Positions 54,277-64,000 of a stretch of DNA of 64,000 nucleotides are shown here, one piece after another. This DNA comes from Adineta vaga (Eukaryota > Animalia > Rotifera). The DNA lies in NCBI GenBank assembly GCA_021613535.1, contig CP075495.1, forward strand, positions 1,364,001 through 1,428,000, written 5' to 3'. The notes beneath the pieces were generated by a model that had not been told where the DNA came from, did no database searches, and saw only the letters and a list, made by a program, of their open reading frames with translations. Numbering within the stretch: position 1 is the stretch's first letter; each line of letters begins with the position of its first letter. Both the position numbers and the translations under genes were made by a program.

Positions 54277-55442
54277 CAAGTAACGCGGCAAAATTGCCGC
54301 TGACCCTCTACTGAAAGGATATAATAATTTCCCTTTTGTCACTTGGACTAAGAGCAGGATTGTTCCAATTCGTAAGTCCAATCACTTAATAATTTGTTCA
54401 GCAGTCTTTTATTTATATTCATCTTGGTTACTATAACCCTCTCAAACTAATCCATTCTTACCGGATCAGTTCCTAATCGAGGATATTGCAACTTTATATA
54501 ACAGTATGATGTTTATTAGTGACTTTATTATTCCTTTTATTTTCAGACATCGATAATCGGTTGAGTCCGTTCCTAAAGAGCTATCAATTACATCCCTTCG
54601 GAAATCCATTCAAGATACCTGAGACTCTTTCAAATATCGTCTTTGAAGTAACTGTAGAAATAAACGTCCAGCCGCTTATCGGCCTCCCTCTGGCCGACCA
54701 CTCGTGCCTAGCCGCTTCTATTGAAATCTCCACTGTACACTCCATTCTACATTTTCTTCAGAAACGAATAAATGAGTTAACTTTATTCTATGCCCAAAAC
54801 CTATGACAATCTTTTATACGTGATCCCATACCTGATGGATCACTCTAGGTAATTCTAAAAAAATATACGTAAACGTTCCTATTCAGCATAGAAGGGTAAA
54901 AGACTCACACATCACTGGAATGAATTAGAAAATGCTAGCTCTAGAGTGCCATTTCTAACGTCTCAGAATCATTCGTCAAATTCTAACAGAATAGCTGATT
55001 TTCTCGTATGCTAAATATCAGAAAAGAGAGGAGAAAATGATTAATAAAAAACTAACCTGAAATTCAGATTCCTCAACTTCGATTACCCTTTGGTCAAACT
55101 TTACTGAGAAATATGATAATGAGTCACTAATTAGTTCATTAGCAATTAGTAGTTAAGTAAAACTAACTTCAGATTCGGATTCCTCATCATCAATTACCCT
55201 TCGGTCAAACTTTACAGAAAAATATGATAATGAATCATTAATTAGCTAATTAGCAATTAAGTAAAACTAACCTCAGATTCGGATTCCTCAACCTCAATTA
55301 CCCTTTGGTCAAACCTTAAAACAAAAAATGATTGAAAGTTTTAATCAACCAATCAGAGTGAGTGAACACACGAACACACACATCAACTCGTTTTCTCAGT
55401 AACATCTGCTCGAGGCATAACCCTCCTTTCAGTGGAGGGAAC
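54277..55442 (-). mobile_element. Helentron-associated non-autonomous element (HINE/DINE-like), copy A
   Basis: Subterminal IR CCCTC(T/C)ACTGAAAGGA at 54304 and 55439, a palindromic end CCCTCC...GGAGGG, a GC hairpin GCGGCAA-AA-TTGCCGC at 54285-54300, and internal CAGATTCGGATTCCTC repeats. Confidence 0.7.
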
Positions 55443-56328
55443 AAAGAAATTGTTATGGATATACATTCAACAACTCAATGTTCATTATCATGTGTAGTTA
55501 TTTGAATGCACTGCATGAAAAACTTCAAGAGATCTAGTATAGTCGGTTTCATTGTTTTTACAAATGCATCTCGCCGCATTTGTTAGTTGAGCCTGAAACG
55601 GAAACTTTTCTCTAGGAAGTTTCTATTTATGTTGAAAGATGTATGAATACAAAACATCTTTCTATCATTAGACATCCAAGGTCACATCTAAGAAGCAACT
55701 GAATGAAGTTGTGAAACTCGTCCTCCACTTTATCTTGATGTCAACCCCAACTCTCTAGAGTTCCAAACACAGTAAAGATTTACAACGCCCTAAGGCATTA
55801 AACTCAACCTTATTACGAGAAATATTCAAAATAAAGTCCACAAGTATATTGTGCAACTTTTCAAGTACAACATAATGTTTAAGAAAACTTTTCCCAATAG
55901 TTTCCAAAAGATCAACGATGGGAATGAGTGCAGCAGACACATTAAAAGACTCATACGATGCGCCGACGGTTGTCCTTCTTCTTGTTCACACCCATCACAT
56001 TGTTCAAAATTTTTGATGAGATATTCTCTTACGAATCGAAAATTTCAGCAGATACGATATGATACCCATCAAACTTCTCGCAAAACTGATAAACAATAGT
56101 GCATTTCAAACACACGACTTCGCTTTCACGCAAATACACAAATAAAAAAACTTACATAAAAACCATTTCCCACAGTCGGATATAAAGAGTTTGCAACAAA
56201 ATGCACTATCACACGTTTATTACGACTTCGAAACACAATGTGCTTTTATTTTTCCACCCACGAGTTTGCCCTAAAAAACATTCTCCAGAAAAAAGCGCTA
56301 CAAAACAATGTTCCTTGAGCGCAAACTA

Positions 56329-58084
56329 CAATTTCGAAGCGTTTTCTAAATGATTTCGGAAATATTTTGCGCCTTGTCCACCGATTTAATCCCATTCGAG
56401 ATTGAGTGCCGTGAGTGTCTATGAACGATAGAAAGCATGAAAGTGTCAGTTAGGTGAAGGGCGAATGAATATTACTGTGTTCGTTCGCAAGGCATCACCA
56501 ATATGTTGTGCTCCTTGATGACCGATTTTATTCTTGCCTAGAATTAGTGCGGTGAGTGTCTACAGAGAAGAGAAAACATGGATGTGTGAGCTGGGTGAAG
56601 GGCGAATGAATATTACTCTGTTTGTTCGCAAGGCATCACCAATATGTTGTGCTCCTTGATCACCGATTTGATTGCTCTCGAGAATTAGTGTGATGAGTGT
56701 CTTTAAAGGAGAGAGAACATGAAGGGGTCAGTTAGATGAAGAGTGAATGAATATTACCGTGTTCGTTCGCAAGGCATCACCAATATGTTGGGCCCGAGCA
56801 CCCCAAATTGATTGCAGCGTAGAATCAGTGTGGTGAGTGTCTACAGAGGAGAAAGAAAATGGATCTTTCAGTTTGGTGAACGGCAAATGAATATTACCGT
56901 GTTTGTTCGCAAGGCATCACCAATATGTTGTGCTCCTTGATCACGAATTGGATCGCCACCTAGATCTAGCTCGGTGAGTGTCTATAGACGAGAGTGAACA
57001 TGGACCTGTGAGTTAGGTGAAGGGCGAATGAATATTACTGTGTTTGTTCGCAAGGCATCACCAATATGTTGTGCGCCTTGATCACCGATGTCATTGCTCC
57101 AGAGATTTAGTATGATGAGTGCGTACAGAGGAGAGAAAACATGGATGTGTCAGCTAGGTGACGTGCGAATAAATATTACCCTGTTCGTTCGCAAGACATC
57201 ACCAATATGTTTTGCTTCTAGATGAACGATTAGATTTCCGTCAAAATTGAGTGTGGTAAGTGTCTATGTACAGAATATTCTTTTCGAGAATGTGGGAAAG
57301 CAATGGGAACTTTAAAGTAATGTTTTTCAAATAGATATAGCTTTGTACAAGAGGTGTGGCGGTAGTGTGTGAAAGAGTTTAGGATGTGTTCGATCGAGGT
57401 TGATCGGATGTAAAGAAAAATCGTTGCTTGTCTGATTATTACTGAGTTAATTTTCGAATCGTCGGATGAGTAGGGTGAGTACTGTACTGAAGGTAATTAT
57501 ATATTTTTTTATTTCGAATGGTTTTGTATTGTTGTGTTTAAATTTGGTTTGCGAGAGATCGTATTGAGTCGGGGACAATATAAAACAGTTCACTTTAATA
57601 TATACGGTGTTTTTCAAAGATAGTTGTTGCATTGTTCAAGAGTGGCAATAGAGACATTTGTTTGAAACGGGAAAGGTGTTTTATAATTCTTCTGTTTTAT
57701 TCTTGTGCGACACATGAGTGCACGTTTAATAAGATATATATTCCATGGGTATGGATAAAAAAGAACAGGTGAGAGGAAGGGTTGTTTTAATAGCATGAGT
57801 CAATGTTTTGTTTGATTGACTCGTGGAAATTGCTTCGGAATTATGAAATTTGTTTTTTCTGTAAGTAAACTGATTAATTTAGATAGTGCGAGGCTCATAT
57901 GTGCTTGAACAGACGAAAAAATAGGTAAAGCACTTTGCACACTTACTTGATATCGATGGTAACTGTTCAGAATTTGATTAAAACGTTGGCAAACATTTTG
58001 CATTGAACAGAATAGTGTAAGATCAGACAGATGATCCAAAATTCGATAGACGAGTTCAATCGGTAATGTTGAATATGTGTACAT
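56329..58084 (-). pseudogene. F-box plus RNI/NLRC3-type LRR gene, one LRR per exon, with disabling lesions
   Basis: F-box exon 58084-57947 (STLPIELVYRILDHL...NVCQRFNQIL), then LRR exons starting at 57263, 57122, 56981, 56840, 56700, 56559 and 56418. One lost acceptor, one 83-nt exon and one in-frame TAA. Confidence 0.8.
56380..57270 (-). repeat. Tandem array, period about 141 bp (84-nt LRR exon plus 57-nt intron), six full units and one terminal exon
   Basis: GTTCGCAAGGCATCACCAATATGTT recurs every 140-141 bp. Confidence 0.92.
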
Positions 58085-59285
58085 ATTCGCTTTAAATTCC
58101 ACAAAAGTTTGTTGAGAATACAAACTATTCAATATATTTTGTTTGTTATGAAAAGAAATTCGCTTTACTGATAGTACTGTATTTTTGTTATTCGAAAAAG
58201 ATAATGAAATCTGACGGTTTTAACAAAAGCGAATAGTTAGTTAATGCAGAAAGATGGCGTTAATGTACGTGTTGAGATGGAGTTACGTCTGCCGTGTATG
58301 ATTATGAGTGTCAATATAGTCTCAAGATACGTATTTTTCATTAGTAATCTTTGAGTTTCACAATAGAGTTCATTTTAATAAAGGATATTTGTACAGATCA
58401 TGTTCAACAAAAGTTCAATCAGAAAAGGAAATCTTTGAGGGTAGATATCGATAGTCTCTTCTTTTCACGTCCACGCTTTACACACTCATAAACTAATTAT
58501 TTTCTATTAGTTCGACGCAATTCAATTTTCATTTCAAATGTCTCTGCATAAAGATCTTAACAAGAAAATAATTGATTTAAAGAAAATAAAGCCGATTAAT
58601 CTTATCGTGATCTACGAGATAAATTTAATCTATGAACAATTGTTGGTGTATCAAATATTCTCAAAAGCAAAAGAGAACACATGAAATTATAGACTAAGTT
58701 CGAGTCTGACTCTCACCGAGTTAACTGAGACTGCCGCATGTCTATGCGATCGTATCTTTAAGATGTTTTTATATGATTCGCTCATTCTCCTACGTTTTTC
58801 ATTGATTCCAATGGTGTTCAAATTAGACAGGTTTTACTTTATTTTATTTTTCTCAAACCTGATACTGGTTCGATTCTATCTCTGTGTTCATTTCTAGAAT
58901 GATTTATAGTTTCTATTTTAATATTACTAAACTTTTAATGATGTTATCAATAAATAACGACCGACTGATTGTAATCTGATATTGTATCTATCGAAAGCGC
59001 GAATCTAGCTCGCACTGTAGGGTACAGCAATATTTTTATGTTACGCAGCCTTTAACTTTTGGCCCTTGATCTTTCACATTGACTCCACCTATCATCGTAC
59101 CCTTATTCTACTCTCGATTTCCAATGTTTAAGAAAGTCTCGAAGAAAATGGGTTTTCGACCTTTGATACTGATACAAAAGCGCACAGAAACGTTTTTTCA
59201 TATGACCCCCCTTTCAGTGAAAGGAATAAGGTGTGGATGCAAGTGTTCCTTGACAGAGTACCCACATACATACATCCATCCACAC

Positions 59286-59442
59286 CAAGGGAAAAGGCTG
59301 ATCCTGGATTCTCATAGTTCCTGAGATCCTACAATTCATGAGAACTCATGAGTATCTTTCAGGATCCACGAGAGTCAGCATTTTTTAGATGCTAGGATCT
59401 ACGAGAATCTATGAGGATCCAGAATTGGCTCTTTTCCCCTTG
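59286..59442. mobile_element. 157-bp MITE with long imperfect TIRs
   Basis: CAAGGGAAAAG.CTGATCCTGGATTCTCATAG at the left is mirrored by CTATGAGGATCCAGAATTGGCTCTTTTCCCCTTG at the right. TSD unclear. Confidence 0.65.
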
Positions 59443-60354
59443 CATACCCACGTCCACACCCACACCCGCAAATCTTATACTAGAATATCCTATGTGTAAA
59501 AATAAACAATAAATAATAACTTATACTCGATTGAATCTTGTAAAAGAAAGATGAAAAGTACAAAATATAAGTGAATCTTTCGAATTCAATAAAAAACGTG
59601 ATAATTAGGTGTGAGGGGAGTGAGTTTATTGCATGATGAGAATGAGATGGAACACACACACACAAGTAGAAGATACTGCTTTTATATACTATCTGTGATC
59701 ACATGTACATGACTCAAAGCATCCGATCCATATACACATGACTCATGAATTCCTTGACTCATGAGTTATCATGGCTGAAGGCCATGACATTAGGGAAAAG
59801 CAGAATTTGTTTTGAAGTCGTTGTTGATGATCTTTTTTAATATCAGTATTATTTTGTTTTTTATTTAACTTTCAAAACAGATTAAAAGAGATTAAGCATC
59901 TATTTGATGTAACGAAAGAAAACAAAAGTAGGAATATTCGGGAAAAAGTTTTTTTTCAAATAAATAATGTAATTTGTGAATTCTAATGTTGACGAGTTAC
60001 ATGTTAACTGACTAGTTTAGATTAGTGTGATTATCAGTTCCTTTTCTAACACTTGACAGAGTATGCTGATATATAGGAAATTTACTTTTACGCTTTTAGT
60101 ATAAAAAGCGCTGGTCCTTGGAATTCACTTATCGTTTTCGGAAAGAATTGTAATTAGACTCAAGATTCTCAAATACTTTGAATAAGAAGGATCATAACGT
60201 TAACGTCACTGGAACTTCTACTGAAAAAAACCTTTCTTCAATGAACCCAGTGGCTTTATTAAACAATTCACAGTCAAAATTTTTTCTTTTATGCTTTATA
60301 ATAGATTATTTTCAGTTTCGCAATAATTATAATAATTGATTAGAATTATGAAAA

Positions 60355-60695
60355 AATAACATCAGATTTGAAAACCTCGACTTCGATCACATTTGGATAA
60401 ATCATTAGTAAATCTTCATGAGCTTCCATATTGCTGCAATCTGACTGGATGGGACAAATAAGAAGTAATAATTAATTAATTATAGTTAATAGAAAAATAT
60501 TTTTGGGAAAGGAACCTCAGATTCGTATTCCTCGATCTCGATTACATATGACGAATCGTTGTCCGATGATCAGGGGTAAGTTTTCATCGATTTATTGGCT
60601 GCTTTCACCTGATTGGCTTGAACAAACAAACAAACTTCAAGCATTTTAACGACCCTATTTAAGAAGCCTATAACCCTTTCTTTCAGAAAAGGCAA
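60355..60695 (-). mobile_element. Partial HINE-like element, copy B
   Basis: Shares the CAGATTCGTATTCCTCGATCTCGATTAC repeat, the CTGATTGGCTTG block and the TATAACCCTTTCTTTCAGAAAAGG end with copies A and C. Left boundary uncertain. Confidence 0.55.
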
Positions 60696-60945
60696 CTATT
60701 TTCCAGTTATTAAATAAAACTGAATTCGATTGAAAGAACATTTCTCAATAACTCATTAAAGTCTCTCAATATGTCTTCAATTAACCAAAAGATTTACTTG
60801 TACTAACGATAGATCAATAGAAATGAAAGTGTTTTCGTTGGATTTCTTTTTATTCAAAGAAATTTTATTTAAATAAATGACAATATTCACAATGATGGAA
60901 AATATTTATGAAAACGTTCTGTACGAATAATTTCTTTATGCAAAA

Positions 60946-61013
60946 GAGAGATGGGCAAGTCAGCGATTTTTGCCTCAAATCAAGTCAAGTCTGACTTGAC
61001 TTGCCCATTTCTG
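60946..61013. mobile_element. 68-bp hAT-like miniature inverted-repeat element
   Basis: AGAGATGGGCAAGTCA...TGACTTGCCCATTTCTG with internal CAAGT/ACTTG repeats. No TSD seen. Confidence 0.55.
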
Positions 61014-61464
61014 GTGACGATATATCATCAGATCAATATTGTCTTATATTTTTTGTTGTTCCTGTTATATCTACTATTCCATATAATGAACTATTGATTT
61101 CTTTAATTTCTTATTAAATTTATAATATTTGGGTCCTGGTGTGACTAGAACATCCACTACAATGTAAGAAAACTTTTCTCAGATTCAGAGCGAGGATGAG
61201 GGTGAAGAAAAAGGTCATCCTCAAGATGATTATTTTAATTTTCTATTTGTTGTTTTATTGCATATTTTAAAACGAATGCTACTGCATTATTAACCATACA
61301 CGTAAGTTCAACGATAAACCTGATCAAATTAGCAATTTTCTTTCATTTTAAAGCGAAACCTGTAAACAAATCAGTCGAACCATGGCCTATTATTGGTTCG
61401 ATCTTAGGCTCATTAGCTTTGTGTTTGTGCTGGTGGTGGTGGTTGTTGAACGTTTGGTTCCTTA

Positions 61465-62897
61465 CAAGTAACGCTCATCCTTTAGATTCGCTGACCCTTT
61501 TCTGAAAGAATGATAAGATTGCTCAGCAAACCCATAAAGCGGGACCTGGACCTGACCGGATCCGGATCAAACCAAACTTTGTACATAAAAGCGTTTTAAA
61601 AGTGTTTTTCATTCTTTCTAGGTATCATAAAATCATTGATTCCAAGAGAAAAGGAAAAACAAGTACTGTTTATATACATTCATAGAATTCATCGCCTAAT
61701 ACTTCTCAAAAATGCATCACCTGTATTTATTTTCCTTCCTATAAAGCTCTTAAACAAACGTCTAATCGCTCATCGGCCTCTCTCCGGTCGGCCACTCACG
61801 GCTAGCCGTTAACATATAGACGTCTTTATTGTTTCGTCTACTTTTGATTCATTTCCCAAACAAATAAGTGAATTCCTTTTGTTCTCCTCTTGAAAAGGCA
61901 CATAGTTTGTATGGCTATGATTCTCGGAAAGAAAATAGAAAGGCCAAGTACTATCTTATGGGTCAATAGAATTAGAGAATATTTGACTAGAATAGTTTTT
62001 TTCATGCTTGAAATATGATTTCCATTTTTGGCGCACAGCTAGATTCAACAAAACAATCACAAACGTCCATCTGGTTTTTATACACATATTTATTGAAAAA
62101 TCTCTATCAAATGATCTGATGTATAGTGGTCGACCACGAAAAGATGGTTAACCCTTTCGAGCCGGATGTATCCATATGGATATATTTTGCCGTAGGGGAT
62201 ACAGCATTTTCCAAATAGCCGGCCGGAAAGGGTTAAAAAACTGACATAAGTATCGTACCTATTCTGTCAATTACCTGAAGTGCAGTTTTTTCTATCAATT
62301 CCTTACTATATTCTATACTCAGAAGTCGTAAATGATTCAAATGGCATATACAACCCACGAACACTAGCCCATTCATTAGTTTCTATCACCCTTTTAAAGG
62401 GAGATATACACTAAGATATTTATCTTGGAGCGAGAGGTAAATAACAATGGTGGAATCGATTCCATAGAACTAGCATCAGATTCAAATTCGTTAGTATCGA
62501 TAATTTTTTATAGAATTTGACCAAACACTCATGAAACATTGAGTTTTCTGAGAGGGAAAGATCAAAATAGGTCTCAGATAAATAATTCATCGAAAATTAG
62601 CATCGGATTCGGAATCCTCGATCCTGGTTACCCTTCCGTGAACCCTTACATGGTAGTATAATAACTTATAATTAGTTAATTAGTTAATTCATTAATCAGA
62701 ATTTTGAAAAACTAACATCAGATTCGAGATCCTCGACCTCGATTACCTTCGGTGGATCATTTCCAGATCGCCATCATTAAGTTTTCAGTAGTTTAGAAAA
62801 TGCTGTAATCTGATTGGCTTGGACAAACGCACAAACTTTTAGCATTTTATTGACCATATTTTCTACGCTATAACCCTTTCTTGCAGAAAAGGGAAAA
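61465..62897 (-). mobile_element. HINE-like element, copy C
   Basis: Same CAAGTAACGC-hairpin-GCTGACCCT end as copy A, subterminal IR CCCTTTTCTG(A/C)AAGAA, shared ATCGGCCTC...CCACTC...CTAGCCG block and CAGATTC repeats. Confidence 0.7.
62152..62232. mobile_element. 81-bp piggyBac-like MITE nested in HINE copy C
   Basis: TTAA-CCCTTTCGAGCCGG...CCGGCCGGAAAGGG-TTAA: TTAA TSD and 14-bp TIRs with two mismatches. Confidence 0.82.
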
Positions 62898-64000
62898 ATG
62901 AAAACTGTCAAATAAGAAGAGTAATAAACATGGTCACATGAGAGACCTTTCCTGTTGAGAATAACATTCATGTCAGGTCAAATAGATTGATCAATTATTT
63001 GCTTTCAATAGAATCCAAAAGTTTCGTTCATTTTGCTGCATTACTTCAATCCGTTTCTACTCTCAAAATCAATGAGTTCAATCGACAATAACCGGAAAAA
63101 CGTCAAATGAAACAACTAATTATTTAACTGAATGTACAATGAAGAGAAGAACATTCGTAGACTTGTTTTATAGAGATAATGGGTGTTCCGAAAGTCGCTT
63201 CCATGTAAATATTTCGTATATCTTTCCTATTTTATTTACACTTATCAACCAATTTTGTTTTTGGAAGAATAGGGAAATACACTGAGTTTTTATTCATTTG
63301 AATAAACTTGATATGTATTGTTCCAAAGTATAAGACTTTGATTGGAAATAGAAAAACGTCACGTGTTTCCTATTTTGAGAAAAATATTACGTAAAATATC
63401 ATTTCTTTTTCTTAATTACTTAAACTTATTGATTAGTTTGGATGGTTGAATAGTTCAAGAGACTTTTCACAAAATTTTATTTGAGTATGTCTTCGTAAGA
63501 ACGAATTGAATCGTAACAAGTCAATATTCAAACTATTAAAATAGACATCACTCATGAGCTTTTTTGAATATACAAAATTGTCAAAATTTTTGTTTTGAAT
63601 CGTATTCTTATCTTTGAACAATACTTCTCAAGTTGGTTCATATGGATAAAAAAACTCCATGTATCCACTTATCAGTTAACAAAAATAATTCATGAGGTTA
63701 AATCAGAAAGGATTAATGTACTAGACGAATCAAAATACGTTTTATTTCTGATATACATAAAATAGTTTGTCTATCGTTTACTTAACTTCATTTCGTATCT
63801 GTAAATAGTTAAAGTATTTATGCTCGAGGGTTTAGGCAGATGCACACTCGAAAATGGTCGGAAAAGTGTAACCGTCGACGAATAAATCTTATATTCATCC
63901 GCTACTTAGATGTTGTAGTAGACACTATCTTTCTCCTCTCTTGTTTCTTTTCTTTTCCTTTCTCTTTCTCCTTCTCTCTCTCTCTCTCTTTCCCTCTTTT

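Noticed and set aside
55500-56100. Short Cys-containing ORFs on both strands
   Set aside because: Short, interrupted and without a recognisable domain.
56380-57270. CRISPR-like array (conserved repeat with variable spacers)
   Set aside because: Eukaryotic context, no cas genes, and the units translate as LRR exons with GT-AG introns.
63178-63700. Tc1/mariner-like end (GGGTGTTCC) and a short minus-strand ORF
   Set aside because: No matching second TIR and no recognisable transposase motif in the window.

Overview
AT-rich eukaryotic DNA with very short (about 45-60 nt) GT-AG introns and several lineage-expanded families (F-box/LRR, EGF-7TM, orphan 7TM). This points to a bdelloid rotifer, which is an inference from gene content and intron size. 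The first ~44 kb is gene-dense: a membrane-anchored 5'-nucleotidase, a protoglobin, a TM+HTH-like protein, two SLC6 paralogues flanking SPEF1, DNAL1, an E2 enzyme, an MRTF-like gene with an intronic tRNA-Gln, THADA with an antisense ADP-ribosylglycohydrolase-like gene filling one intron, F-box genes, GPCRs and a candidate 7TM ion-channel-like protein. The last ~20 kb is mostly pseudogenes and non-autonomous transposons (CACTA-like, hAT-like, piggyBac-like, Helentron/HINE-like). It also holds an F-box gene whose LRRs are encoded as a 141-bp tandem array of one-repeat, phase-0 exons with a hypervariable predicted binding face. The most interesting items are that LRR array, the nested antisense gene overlapping THADA splice signals, and the gene-conversion mosaic between the SLC6 copies. 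All exon models and identities were read by eye; no searches or alignments were run.
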